From positions 18,662,001-18,726,000 of the forward strand of contig CM060734.1 in the NCBI GenBank assembly GCA_030704615.1: DNA of 64,000 nucleotides, written 5' to 3'. Below the pieces are notes generated by a model. That model had not been told where the DNA came from. It worked only from the letters and a program-made list of their open reading frames with translations, and searched no databases. Every line of letters starts with the position of its first letter. Positions within the stretch are counted from its first letter, which is position 1. Shown piece by piece: positions 1 to 13,026 of the stretch. A program made the position numbers and the translations under genes. The DNA comes from Takakia lepidozioides (Eukaryota > Plantae > Bryophyta).

Positions 1-3000
1 GTTCTTGGTTCGGAGGGGGGCTGCATTGAACGATTCAATTTGCAGTCAGGAGTAAGTCGGGGCTCCTATGTCGAAACAGTAGTCGGAGAATCCCGTGCTC
101 ATAATGGGGCGGTTCTTGGCTTAGCGTGCGATGCCACCAACTCCTTGCTTATAAGTGGTGGCTATGATGCAACTATTAAGGTCTCCTGTTCTCTACACTG
201 TTCTCATTCGATGTGGAGTGGGAAGAAAAAAGACTGCTTTGTATTAGAAGAGGAGACATACCCAACCCTAAGCTGATTTTTGGCCATAGACCTTAGGCCA
301 GACTCGAATGTAGCTAAAGGGCTAAGGGTGGGAGGAAAAGAACAGAGGATGCCGCCGCTTCCATTGCTGAAGGCCTGATTGATAAGTGGGACCTACCTTA
401 GTAGGCAAGTCCAGTCAGGAGTGTGTGTGTGAGTGGAGAGAGACACACACACAGAGCATTAGTTGACAAATTGACACGCAGTTTACAGAGTCTATGGAAT
501 ATGCATTGATGGTCCACAGGTGTGGGATTTCAAAGGTCGTGAACTCAAATTCACATTGCATGTAGGCTCCCCGCTGGTGAAGATGGCATCACACCGTGGA
601 AATGGTATGTTGTCTCCTCCCCTTTATCTAAGCTTCCTTGTCTGTCTGTCCCTCTATCACTGGTGCATTGTTTGATAGAGCTTTGCAGATTTAGATCCTT
701 CAAAACTTGTATCTCCTTGCTGCAACAAACAAGGATGAAACTGCAGCTCCATGCCGATTTGCTGCTAATTGCTTGTCTCAACTACATTCAGCACTCTCCT
801 TGTGCTGTTTCATACTGATTCCGCACTCTCCTTGTGCAGGTCTGATAGCGGTTGCCTCAGACGACAATGTCCTGCGATTGTACGATGTAGTGGCGGGGAG
901 ACTGGTGCGTGTGTTCCAGGGCCATACTGACCGTGTGACAGACATGTGCTTCAGTGAAGATGGCAAGTGGCTTCTCTCTGCAGCTATGGATGCCACTGTC
1001 CGTGTATGGGACGTGGTAGCTTCCAAGCAGATTGATGCTATGCATGTGGGCTCTGCAGTAACAGCACTGTCACTCTCTCCCCGTATGGACTTGCTGGCCA
1101 CCTCTCATGTAAACCGCAATGGCATCTATTTGTGGTGGGTTCTATTTCAGCACTCCTGTTGGTGTTTGAGAGTGAGAGAAGAGAGAAGACATTTATCATT
1201 CCTCAGTGTTTGAGAGTAAGAAGCTATGTATTACATCCCGTCAGAAGCCCACAGGACCCATGGGGCACCCTGGAACAGCACAGCAGAACCATTGAAATCA
1301 AAGAACATCAAAATTGCTCGAAAATTGAGTGCCTCTTGTAAGTAGCACATGAGAACTTTGGGTCCTCATAACTGCAGCTGCAGCTGCTGCTAGGGGCAAC
1401 GATTCTAAGAAAACCCTGAAGGGTGTTTGTAACCTGTCACATGTTTGGTTTGCTGACTCAAGTGTACCCGTTGGCTATTTCCAGGGCAAATAGGTTGATG
1501 TACTCAGGTGTGGCCAATGTAGCAATACAGGGAAGTGGGAAGGCTGTGAGAGAAGTGTCGTTACCGACTTTGTCATCTTCCAAGGAGTGTGGTCTGGAAG
1601 AAGATGAAGAAATGCTAGAGGCAGCTGCCACAGAGGAGCCCACTACATCTACTGGCAACCATGTCAAAGAGATAGGAGGAGGGAGTGGGCAGATTATGCC
1701 CAATCTCATTACACTCGCAATGATTCTGAAGACCCAGTGGCAAGGCCTTGTCAACCTGGACATTATCAAGGTAACCCCATTCTGCCTCTGACTACCACTT
1801 TTTCCTTATTAACAGCTTTTAACACCATTATCATCATGCAAATCAAGTATGCATGTCAATGTTATGCTTGCTTGCGAGCTACCACAGTAGAGCCAATGTT
1901 AAATATGGCACAACGTTGACAGCTTGTATAAGGTCTGATTGTTTGTAACTTTACATTGGATGGGCAGCTACGAAATAAGCCCATAGCGCCACCAAAGAAG
2001 CCAGAACAAGCACCTTTCTTTTTGCCCACGTTACCCTCACTCTCAGGGGAGCCAAGATTTGTAGCTGCAGACGGAAGCAGGGTGACCAACACTGTGACAG
2101 GAGACAAAATTGTGAAGATGGCTACACACCTGAGGAGGAAATCAGAGCACAATGACTTCCAGTCTGTGTTCTTGCAACTCCTGCATGCCTGTGCTGAGAG
2201 TGGAGATTGTACGTCTCTTTGGCCCTACACACATGCACATGCTCTCTCCCTCTCTCTCTCTCTCCTTTTTCTTGACACTAACAGGCGGAGAAACTGCAGC
2301 TGCATTTGTTGCAAGCCTAGAAACCAGGAGTCAACCTAATGCTTTCCGTTATCATGTCAATGCCAGAGCAACACTCTATTTGCTGTAACTGGCTTGCCAT
2401 CTGTTTTGCACGAACTGTGCTTTGTTTGTTTGTTTTGCTCGTCCCATTTGGTCTTTAGGCTTTCCATGGGGGTTATGAAGTTCCTCTTATCACTTTTGGT
2501 TTTACGGTATTGTTTCCCACATCCCTCTTGGTCCTGGATGTAGCAAATTGTTTCCTTTTCTTCTTTTTTGGCCCCTCTCTCCTCCCACTCTTTGGACCTC
2601 CCATCAACTGCAACTGCAACAGACGCTTAGTACAGGGTATATGTAAGCATGCATATAAGTTACTTTTTTTCTTTCTTCCTTCATGTGGAGGTGAGAAAAC
2701 GTACCTTTTTGCCTTTCTCCCTCTTTGAGCTCTAGAAGTGTCCGGCAGCTAAGTTGCATGAGTCACTTCGACTTTGAGCAGTGTTTGGTGTATTTTGCAG
2801 ACATTTCTCGTTGTTCTGCTTGGGCCTTGACACCCTGTGGATGTTATGAAGTTTTCTCCTTTCTCTTTTGTAAGCTTCTGATGATGCAAGCAGCATCTTT
2901 TTGGGTGGTGTGTCTAGACTCAAGCCTGGTAGCCCATGTGAAGAGCATGACACCATCAGAAGTGGATGCGGAGCTGCGGATGATGGAGATTGTTGATAAT

Positions 3001-3711
3001 GATGACAGCTCACGAAGTGAGGAGGTGCAAGAGATCGGCATGGCTCTCGACTTTCTACTATCAGAGCTCACATCCAAGAGGAATTTTGAGTTTGTTCAAG
3101 CACTCATGCAACTGTTCCTCAAGGTACGCTCAAATTCCTCCTCTTGGTTAGAGAACAAAGAATTGGATATTTGTCTGCGCAGTGGCCTGAGCATGATGTA
3201 TGAAGACCTTGAGTAGCTTTCTGATAGCAATTGGTATTCAGGTTTAAATTAAACCATTACAACTCAACATCTACAAACTGAGGCCATGATGTTCTCAGCA
3301 GCGGGCCTATGAAAAGGGAAGTTTGAGGCCAGCTGATGAATACTTTTAGCCATTATGTGTGTGAATGCATCACATTCTCTGCTAGGGTGGGTGATGACAA
3401 ATGTTTTTACATAAGTGCAGCAGTGATAGAAGGTGTTTATTTGTGTTCTTGGCGGTTGTAGCTCTGGCGATTGCCTCTGGAAAACAGTCACTTGAGGACA
3501 CTCGTCGAGGACGAGTACGTTGTAGGACAGTACTGAAATGTGGATATGTTGATGCATTCAGATTCATGAAGAGACCATTCTCCGGCAACAACCGTTACGA
3601 GAAAAGGCAAGGGAGCTATGGAGTCAGCAATGCACTACTTGGGGTAGACTAGACACAATGTTTCAGAAAGTGCGTAGTATGATCAGTTTTGTAAGTAACA
3701 CCCAGCAATAA
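1..3711 (+). CDS. UTP21: U3 snoRNA-associated protein 21 (WDR36/UTP21), 3' part; gene starts upstream of window. Exons approx 1-180, 520-604, 840-1134, 1485-1770, 1968-2208, 2918-3123, 3562-3711
   Basis: The exons splice in frame at GT-AG boundaries. They encode WD40 repeats (IERFNLQSG, GHTDRVTDMCFSEDGKWLLSAAMDATVRVWD) and the Utp21 C-terminal motifs (RNKPIAPPKKPEQAPFFLPTL, KRNFEFVQALMQLFLKIH). The stop is TAA at 3709-3711. Confidence 0.93.
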
Positions 3712-4545
3712 ATAGCAGCTGCTTTCTCTTTTGGCCTCTCAACACCAACTACTGAAGTTGTTAACATTCAAGTGCACAAGACTAGAATGTGGTCCAGTGG
3801 GGGTAAAACCACCCTTTTGCTCATCAAAACAGAAGCATTGCAGCAGACCAAGCTGTCCCCAACTAAGGGGATCACCTCGCAGCCATGTTTGTTTGACTAC
3901 TGCCGGTGGTAGCTGTAGCTGAGCTGCTTGTCAACAAGGTTTGCAATTGTGTTTACTGTTGAGGGAGAGTGATCGGGTTTGCCTCGTTGCAATGCTGCTG
4001 TCCATTCCCTGCATCAATTCTCAACAATTGAACCTCAACAATTGGGAAGAAGAATTTTCAAGAATATGGATTGATTTCTCAATCCTTCATATATTTTAAC
4101 CATGTTCCTTTCGTGAATCTTCTGCTCCCCCGCAGCTGCTCTCTTGTCCACTCTCCTTTTACCTTCATCATCTGTCTGCATTCATGCACCACAAATCCGG
4201 GTGATCCCTATGTAGGTAGTCCGAGCACTTTTATCAGCAGAGGCAGTGTCAACACAAATAATCCAGAACATTGCAAGAAATCTTTTCAAAAACCTGATTC
4301 TCAACAGTCTCTTCCTTCGGTCTTCAGTCTTCAACTCTGCCCATCCAAGGACGATGACCTCAACACAACTGTCCCTTGCTCGAACACAGACGTTATTTCT
4401 CTGGCACCTTATTAAACCAATCTATCAATCTCTGACCCGGCGCCCTACAATCAACCTGGTGCTCGGATCTAACCACGCCTACCAGATACAGTAGACACAT
4501 AATCCGCCGGCACGCTATGTGTGTGGGCGATGAGACTGGTGGATG

Positions 4546-4569
4546 AAGCCCTAAGGGCTTAAACCCTAG
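4546..4569 (+). promoter_or_regulatory. Telo-box (AAACCCTA, 4561-4568) with adjacent 7-bp inverted repeat, upstream of the duplicated UTP21 ATG
   Basis: The sequence AAGCCCT-A-AGGGCTT-AAACCCTAG lies ~140 bp before ATG 4704. Telo-boxes are typical of plant ribosome-biogenesis gene promoters. Confidence 0.45.
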
Positions 4570-4703
4570 TATTTGGGAAATGTCGTCTCATTGTCCTCGA
4601 GGCTCGAGGGAAGCAGCGAGCAAGCATGACTGTTTACGATCGCCGGTGCACTGGAACATAATCACTGTTTGTTTGGTGGTTATGTGTGCTGGGGTGGGGC
4701 AGG

Positions 4704-6340
4704 ATGGGGATTTTTGAGCCATTCAGGGCAGTGGGATATATCACAGATGGAAGTCCCTTCGCCGTCCAACGCAGAGGCATGGAGAATTTTGTTTCAGTCG
4801 GTGTCGGGGAAGCTTGGCAAATTTACAATGTAAGTTCTTCTATCGTTTTTGGATTCCTAGATCTTTTTCAGCTGAGTGTTTTGTGAAATATGTTACGTTT
4901 TGTACTAATGGATGTGTTTCTCTTTGTCACGAGCTTGTATACGAAGCTTACGTTCGTATTCATAGTATCTATCAAATGATGATCTAGCTTATTATTGTGT
5001 TGAGCTTTTTATTTACATTACAGAGCTCTTCTCTTCCTCTGTTACTGGGTGTCTTGAACGCACACGCATTTTGATGGACAAATTTTTGTCTGTGAAGGAG
5101 AGGGACTTGTGTCCGTGAATGCAATCTTTCCTAGACCTAACACGGGGTATGGTGGGCTTGGGAGACTGTAGATGCAAGACACAAATGAAGCTCCTACTGA
5201 AATGAAGCAGGGCCACAATTGCAGAAACGGATTCGAGCGTTAGCTTCTCATTGGGATTTCACTTATGCTGCAACGAGACGCCACACTGCTGTCTTCAAGC
5301 GTGCGCACCAGGTTAGTGTATGGATAAGCCCTTCCCTCTTTTGTCCCTGTACAACACAAATCCCTCTCTGGCCCATGACGTTCGATCTCCATCTTCTGGC
5401 ATCTAAGGGCAATCTTTGGCGTGCAGGGGGGTATATCTTGTCAAGTCATTGGACAAATTTAGCTTGGACATTGCAAAACCAGTTGGCTTGACTCTTAGGT
5501 GGTCACATTCACATAGAGACACAATGCTAGGCTTTGCATCCCTCTTACAAAAACGGTTCAATTGCTATAATAAGGAGGAATCAGTGGCAACTTATCGGAG
5601 TGGGATTTGGGATTTAGGTTTAAATTAAACGTTGACAACTCTACAGCGGCCTGTGACAGGCAAGTTTGAGGCCAGCTAATGAAAACTTTGAGCCATTATG
5701 TATGTGAATGCATCACATTCTCTGCCAGGGTCGGTGACAACAAACCTTTGTACATAAGTGTAGCAGTGATAGAAGGTGCTTATTTGTGTTCTTGTGGTGG
5801 TAGCTCTGGTGATAGCCTGTGACAAAAGGTCACCTGAAGACACTCATCGAGTACGAGTAGGTTGTGAGACTGAGAGTATTAAAATGTGGATATGTTGATG
5901 CATTCAGATTCATGTAGAGACCATTTTCCGGCAACAACTGTTCCGAGAAAAGAGTTCAAGAGAGCTATGGAGTCAGCAATGCATTACTTGGGGTAGACTA
6001 GACACGTATGTAGTTTGATCCCACGCACTTACAAAACTGATCATATTACGCACTTTCTGGTTTATGAGGACCCTTAGAGTTGCACTGAAAGTAAGACGGT
6101 TTCTCAAGAGATTTACACAAGGTCTTGTGTCATCATATCCATTCCTATGATTTTGTTTTGAATCCCCTGAGGAACTCGGCTTACTTTGAGAATAACTCTA
6201 GACAAGAATCGGAACTGGAAAGTGCGTATGATCAGTTTTGGAAGTAACACCCAACAATGGATTGCAGCTATTTTCTCTTTGGCCTCTCATCACTAACTAC
6301 CAACGCTGTTAACATTCAAGTGCAGACAAGACTAGAATTT
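4704..6340 (+). pseudogene. UTP21: Tandem, internally deleted UTP21/WDR36 pseudo-copy (first exons joined to last intron/exon)
   Basis: Exon 4704-4829 reads MGIFEPFRAVGYITDGSPFAVQRRGMENFVSVGVGEAWQIYN and exon ~5211-5311 reads GPQLQKRIRALASHWDFTYAA..FKRAHQ (UTP21 N-terminus). Positions ~5610-6005 and ~6218-6340 duplicate ~3240-3790 with a frameshift and a local inversion. Confidence 0.85.
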
Positions 6341-7902
6341 GGAATGGTTTTAAGGCCCAAATTAATAGGATTACCACGCAAGTTAGGCAACAGTATTTAT
6401 ATCCATGAATTCTTACCCATGATTCAATGTTTGCATTGCGCAAAAAAACAAGTGATGGGCTACTTAGAGAAATGTGTAATTGATTAATTATGAAGGTTCC
6501 GACAGGCGCATAGGGGAAAAATTGGATTTGGTATACTGTTGTTTGTGTATTGTGATGCCCACTCAGTTTACATAGCAAGCGTGAGCAGAAAAGTCGTGAG
6601 TAGGAAAAAAAAACGAGTCTGAGCACAATCTACAGTTATAGGGGAATTATGCTTGCAAACGGAAATACAAGTCATAGGCGGACATAGGGTTATGCTAATA
6701 TAGTCAGTTACATGGTTTATTGTTTTTTCTTTCTATAAATATATTTTAATAAAACCCTCTGGATATACAGTAAAACCGAAATACTTAAATAGCAAAATAT
6801 ACTTTTATTATTACAATATTATGGACAGCAGAATTTCACTAGCGAAATGTGAGAAATACTCATATTTATATTTTGACTTTCGAGAGTTTCGTTGGCGCAA
6901 CAAACCCCCAGAAAACGAAAATAAAAAAGATAGTCTCGCTCGCGAAACTTGTTGCGGTTATATTTCAGAACATAGCCACCCCCCATCAAATAAACACTGA
7001 TCAGAAATATTCCGAGTCTACAGATATGAGCAAACTTGAAAGGAAGGGAGTTTTGAAACTTACCACCAAGTGTCTATTAACTCAGAATGCAAGCATCCTG
7101 GGGGACAACAAGCATTGAAACACATGATATCATGTATAACCCTCAACAAAATCCCGTTTTTACAACCTACAGGAAAGGGTCTACAGTTGGGTGTGGTGCG
7201 CTTTGTTACTTTCTGAGGTAGAATTGTCCTATTTTATCACTTAAAGAGGGCTACACCCGTTGAATGTATTCTGTTGGAGCTGCTATTGCTTTGGGACCTG
7301 TTGGACTCTGTTTCGCGTGCTCACGATTTGTTTTTCATTCCGTTTTTGAATGGGGCGTGTAATGTAGCCATATGCAATATGCGTGCCAAATTTGGGAGCG
7401 ATCAAAATTCATTTGGACCCAAAACCACAATTTCTTCCCTGTTTTGCACTCCAAACTTGATTTGTGTTCTACTTCATGCATTCTTCATAGAGAGTTCTGC
7501 AATAGTGAGCGAAAGAGAACACCTTTTTGGGGGGGGGGTATTTTTGATTGGTCCAAATTTTGGCGGGGGAATAGCCGTGGGATGCTGGAAGCCACAGAAC
7601 AAAATTGAGCCAAAAACAAAATCGATACGTGCCAGAAACCCCCACTGAAAGGCAGTGCAAACCTATTTATTGGCTTAAAATAAATTTAAATTAAATTAAA
7701 AATGTGGAATGGCTTGAGGGTGGAGCGCGTCGATGGGGAGGCAAATGATTTATTCGTCTGTTGTGTCTCCGCACATGTTCTAGCACGTGCGGGCAAAAGA
7801 GGGGCTTCAACCACAACCGTTCAATGGGTGCAATAGCCGTGCACGCATTGCAGGATTTCTTTTTCGCATTGAACAAAAACCAGATGACAAGTGAACGCCT
7901 CA

Positions 7903-8264
7903 TTGGACAATGGAACGATTTTTGATTGATCTCGTATTACACTGGGACGTATCAGAGGGTACATTGAACACACTGGCCAAGGTTTGAAAGCGAACGAAAA
8001 TCATTTGGATGGGCAACCATCCGTTGGCCCATTGAACGAATTTCGATTGATCTCATATTACTCTGGGGCCTCTTACATGGCACATTGAACATAGTGGCCA
8101 AGTCTCAAAGCGAACCAAAATCATTTCGATGGCCAACCATCCGTTGAGCCATCCGAATGAATTTTCGATTGATCTGATATTAGTCCAGGACCTGTGAGAG
8201 GGTGTCTTGAACGTGCTGACAAAGTTTGGAAGCTAACAAAAATGATTTGGATGGGCAACCATCC
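7903..8264. repeat. Three tandem ~120-bp units, inside a segment bounded by a ~60-bp direct repeat (~7255-7314 / ~8268-8329)
   Basis: The unit ending AAAATCATTTGGATGGGCAACCATCCG recurs, with unit starts at 7903, 8023 and 8143. Confidence 0.8.
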
Positions 8265-8773
8265 GTTCACCCGTTGAATGTATTCTGTTGGAGCTGTTAT
8301 TGCTTTGGGACCTGTTGGACTGTGTTTCGATACTCACAGCAGCATTGTACCATCTTTACTCACTAATAATCATTTCAAGTGCTGTATATAGAACATTTTC
8401 TAGTCTGCCATTGTGGCTTCACAATTTTGACTCTGTAGGTGGTGTAATTCCACTTATAACCTAGCCTTAATTACTTTCAGAAATACACTCTGGAAATGCA
8501 GAGAATAAGCCGATGCGGAGTTTTTAAAGGTTTTTCAAATAGTGTGATACCCCATGTTAACCCATAGGTGCTGGCAGGGAGTTCACCCCTCGCCGTGGTA
8601 ATCTGACATCGCATCTAGATTTCAAAGTTGCCATCCTGACTCAAGGTTGGGTTGATCTAGGCATCTATGTGAGAACATCCCCAGTTGAGGTTTAAAGCTT
8701 CCCAAAATCATAACCCATCAAAGTGTCGATATATGTACAGCTAACTTAAGTGAGTGACAACCAACATCAGAGG

Positions 8774-10390
8774 TTAGAACTCCACCCCACTGTTCAACTG
8801 AACAGTGAAAGTCGTGTGTCTGATGTTATCTAGTGGAGTTTCAACTTGCACCACCAGGCCTGCGCTTCCTGTGTGCTCTCCATTTCGCTTCGACCGACCA
8901 AATGCGACTGAAGCAAAGGCCCTTGAGTCCACTGCTCTAGAGCAGCCACATCCCCAACTAAGTTTTTCCAGGGGAGAATGAATCACCTCAGCCCTCCATC
9001 CAGAGTTTCGACCTTCAAATAGGGGAGTCACATGGAGCTCTACTGTGGGTCGAACAATAAGACCTGACCGCTGCCATGCCAGAGGCTGTACAAATTCAAT
9101 TGATATTGACTGGTCAGGTAACTGCAGTGCAGGGCTTATTCTTGTCCCCCACTTGTTCTTACAAGAATAGCTTAGCTTAGTGTCCCCTGGCATCCGCCCC
9201 TGTGCCTGTAGAAGTCCACCAAATGCAGGCATGAAGGCACTGCCTGTCAACCCTTCCCCTGCAACAAATGTCAACTGGCCATTTGGAAACTGCAAATCCA
9301 TGAAAGAACATGTAAGAGGGTTTAAGCAGACCATCGACATAGCCAGCCACCGCCGATGTTTTGACCACACTGCTGGGCAAAGTGAATGTAGACCATCCTT
9401 GCGGTCAAACCCGTACCACAGACAATGGTGCTTGGACAGGTGAACTGGAATTAGAAGAGTGGAGGCCCGCACAAACAGAACAGGCCCCACTTGTAAGAGA
9501 AAAAGCGGAGATGAAGTCCCACCCTGAGAAGCCTCCACACGCCACAAGTCACCCCGTGCAACTACAGCAGTTTCGATGTCTTGCGTACGACTGTCAAACG
9601 TGGTGCTCACAGAAAAACTGCTTTGTTTCTGGAACTGGTTATGTGACTTACTGAGGGTGGAAATCGCCTCCTCATTCGAAAGATCTCGGAACTCAGAACC
9701 ATGTGGAGTCGAGAGCCCATCCTGGCTTCTGACTTGGTTGGGAGGTCCGCTCTGTTCCTTTCGTGAAGAGCTTCTCACACCGTTCTCACTAACAAACCGT
9801 GCCTCCGGCTCTTTACCGCCTACATGAGGTAATGAAACAGTGTCCGGACAGAATGGCGGAGATGATGCCCTCGGTGAACGGGCCACCAAAGTTTCAGATC
9901 GAGACACATGTCGCCCAGGAAAATGGTGCATCACATGTCCCACCAACTCTCCCACACAAGCTCCAAATCTCGCTCCCGCTTGTCCAAACTGGTGCCCTAA
10001 TTCATGCCCTATTTCATGGATTGACGGGCTCTCAGTCCAACTACCAATTCCACTCACTGCAAGCCCGTGCTTTGCATCATGACCTACTCCACTCAGGAAG
10101 CTATTGTCGTTGCCGCTTGTGGAAGTTCCAGGCCAAGGAGGCCAGGGCCATTGGTTTGAAGGTGATGCAAACGCACACTGAGAAAGATACGATTGAGGAG
10201 AGAGGAAAGAGAGAGAGAGAGACGACTGTGAGGGAGAAAGAAAGGGTAGCGAGGAAGGGAAGGAGGGCCGCGGGGGCATGTGACTCTGTAGCATACATCC
10301 AAGGCCCTGTGCCAGCGAGTTGAAGCTGTCCACCACTCCCTGCCCTTGCCTCTGCACGCCACTCCATCCTCCATCGGCATGCCCCTCCAT
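8774..10390 (-). CDS. Intronless conserved plant protein of unknown function (resembles the Arabidopsis At3g14830/At1g53450 'Epstein-Barr nuclear antigen'-annotated family)
   Basis: This is an uninterrupted ORF from ATG 10390. It contains motifs recalled from this family: ARGDLWRVEAS, QVGPVLFVR, LWYGFDRKDGLHSLCPAVWSKHRRW, SFMDLQFPNGQLTFVAGEG, CKNKWGTRISP and the C-terminus VQLNSGVEF. The family name is from memory. Confidence 0.85.
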   Translation of the reverse strand: MEGHADGGWSGVQRQGQGVVDSFNSLAQGLGCMLQSHMPPRPSFPSSLPFLSPSQSSLSLSFLSPQSYLSQCAFASPSNQWPWPPWPGTSTSGNDNSFLSGVGHDAKHGLAVSGIGSWTESPSIHEIGHELGHQFGQAGARFGACVGELVGHVMHHFPGRHVSRSETLVARSPRASSPPFCPDTVSLPHVGGKEPEARFVSENGVRSSSRKEQSGPPNQVRSQDGLSTPHGSEFRDLSNEEAISTLSKSHNQFQKQSSFSVSTTFDSRTQDIETAVVARGDLWRVEASQGGTSSPLFLLQVGPVLFVRASTLLIPVHLSKHHCLWYGFDRKDGLHSLCPAVWSKHRRWLAMSMVCLNPLTCSFMDLQFPNGQLTFVAGEGLTGSAFMPAFGGLLQAQGRMPGDTKLSYSCKNKWGTRISPALQLPDQSISIEFVQPLAWQRSGLIVRPTVELHVTPLFEGRNSGWRAEVIHSPLEKLSWGCGCSRAVDSRAFASVAFGRSKRNGEHTGSAGLVVQVETPLDNIRHTTFTVQLNSGVEF

Positions 10391-10991
10391 CGGAACCCTT
10401 ACCAATCCCTTGCGCCTGGGTACTCAGATAACGGTAAGTCTCTTGCCAGTTGAAAGAGACATACTAACCTCACAGCGACTCATCGATCCTTATCCCAATC
10501 CGCAAATTGACATCCTCCAACGCTACCAAGAACCTGACTGAGGTTTTTTCTAAATACCAACTACAGGAGCAATCTTTGATGTTGGTGTAATCTTCGTACA
10601 CGTCCAAGAATTCAAGCTACCTCACCCGATCTCTCCCGCACATCCAGCCAGAAACATCCTCTGAAACAACAACTGCATCCTCCATCCGCGCAGAGCCCGC
10701 CTCTCCTCTCCCGATCCTCCTGCAACTCGTTGTCCACAACACACACAATCCAGACTACATGTCTAGCACATCCAGCCCCCTCATGCTGTATTTTCACTTT
10801 ACAATCCTGACACAGCCCTACAAACAACATCCCATCCAGATCGCTCTGCGTGCAGATGGATACCAAGGAATTCCCTCCCCGACGCAGCAACAGGAAAATG
10901 GGAGGAGAGAGGAAGGCGCTGTCGGCCCCTGAATCAGACCCGACCGACTACAGGGTGGCCCAACTCGTGTGCTTCACCAACGGGTTTCTGC

Positions 10992-11015
10992 CACGTGGCG
11001 GATCGCAGCCACGTG
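10992..11015. promoter_or_regulatory. Paired G-boxes (CACGTG at 10992 and 11010) in the ~1.3-kb interval between divergently transcribed genes
   Basis: Two CACGTG hexamers 18 bp apart lie between the minus-strand gene (ATG 10390) and the VIT-family gene (ATG 11680). Function is inferred. Confidence 0.35.
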
Positions 11016-11679
11016 CAACGGGCGGCCGGCGCTCTGCGACGTCGCCATCATCATTGTCGGGCACGTATCGCCACGCCCAGCCTCGCATGGCTATACCTCC
11101 CCCATACGGTTTCTATACACTCGGCGCCTTCTGCTCGTATACACTTGTGGTGTCTCGTACTAATACGACTAAGATACGGTGGCGATGCAGTGGCGATACT
11201 TTGGCTATATGACGGGGTGCAAATATCTTGGATAGTTGGTAAGCTGAGTCGGCTGCCGTCTCACTGACTATTTTCGACCTGAACATAGTACCTCCCTGCA
11301 GGTAATACCTGTGCGGTAGAGCGTACCATCTCTAAGCTCAGTCTACCCTGTTAGGTGTCCCCTTGTTTTCGAAGTGTAGCAGAGAATGAGAGAGGAATCG
11401 CGAGGTGGATCAAGGGAAAAGGCTAGAATCGTGGAAGGAATGTGTGATGGGCGTTGAATTCGCATAGGAGCACACGCATGCAGGCCACGTCCACCCAGGG
11501 CGTGGCCGATCTCGTGCAGGAATGAGAGAGACGAGGATGGGATTGAACAAGTGTCACAGTTTATGCATTCTTCTGAGTTCAGGTCCGGTAGTCTGGTGCT
11601 TGAAGTGGAGGAGCCATAGAGGGGAATTGGAAAGCTGCGATAGCGAATTGGGGAATTTGGGGAGGTGGGTGGTGGGAGA

Positions 11680-12985
11680 ATGGAGAGGGGAAAGAGCTGG
11701 AGGCATGAAGGAGGTGGGTTTCGTAAGTCTTTGAAGCGAGGCCGCAGTAATGGGTTGGATGGTGTGCGGGAGCCGTTGGTGGATGGACGTTTGCCCGATG
11801 TGGAGAAGCAGGGACAGGGCGAGCGACCGCTATCCACCTCTGGGTGGGGTGGAGAGTATGTGAAGAGCATAGTTTATGGTGGTTTGGATGCCATCGTTAC
11901 CAGCTTCGCACTTGTAGCCTCTGTCTCTGGCGGTGACCTTCCTGCTGGTCTGTCCCTCTCTCTCGCGCACTTTCGTTCTCCCAGGTGAATGAATGTGGAA
12001 ACTTCAGCAATATAAGAGTTGGAACGAATGTGGTAGACGATCTGTTTTATGTGCTTTCCAGAGGCCCAAAACCATTTTCCACAATTCTCAGACCCTAGTC
12101 ATACTCCAGAGCTCGATGTCTCATCGTGGTTTCAATCTTCCTTCAACTTTAGTAAGGACCCTCGGTGGCTTATGAGATTCTCAAGATGCAGCTCACTCCT
12201 GCACACTTGCGATGTATCACCTCTGCAATTAAAAAAAAAATCTTTCAGCGGTATTTGTTGAAAGTGGTAAAGATTTCCTATCGCCATCTGTCCCTGGAGT
12301 CCTGAAGTGGATGTCAGGTTTTAAGATGCAAACTGTGTTTCATGGTCAGATAGCCCTCCCTAGGTGCACAGAGCCAAGATCATTACCCTGGACTGATTGT
12401 TACTTCCTTAGGGAGGCTTCAAGGCACAATCGAAGTTGTATTGTCGTTTCTCTATTTGCAATGAGTTTTCCACACCTCCTGTGCTGCATTTTAGAGTAAG
12501 AACTGCTTCCCCTTGCCCGATTCTAGACTTCTGATGGAGAGAGTGTGGCGACTCCAATTAGCACAATTTTGGTGTAGACTTTTGATGTTGCTTGTCTCTT
12601 TATATCGCTTGACCTATGACCTGCATACCATATACTTTTCAAAAGTGCATAGCTCTTGTACCTCATCTTTCTACTGGCACAGGTTGTGTCCATGGCTTAC
12701 AATGTTTATGGGCCAACAGAGTGCAGTGTTTTGAAGTGTGAGAGATGGTGTGTGCAGGGGCGGTGCTTGTGCTTGGTTTTGCAAATCTGATTGCTGATGG
12801 CATTTCAATGGGGTTTGGAGACTACTTGTCAAGCACCGCGGAACGGGATTTTGTTTCGAACCAGCAAGAAGTTGCAGCCTGGGAAGTTCAGAATGACATT
12901 CATGCAGAGATGTTGGGTATGGTATCTGCATATGCAGAGCAGGGTATGGAAAAGCATGATGCGGATCAAGTAAGCCTCTCCCTCC

Positions 12986-13026
<41 letters not shown>

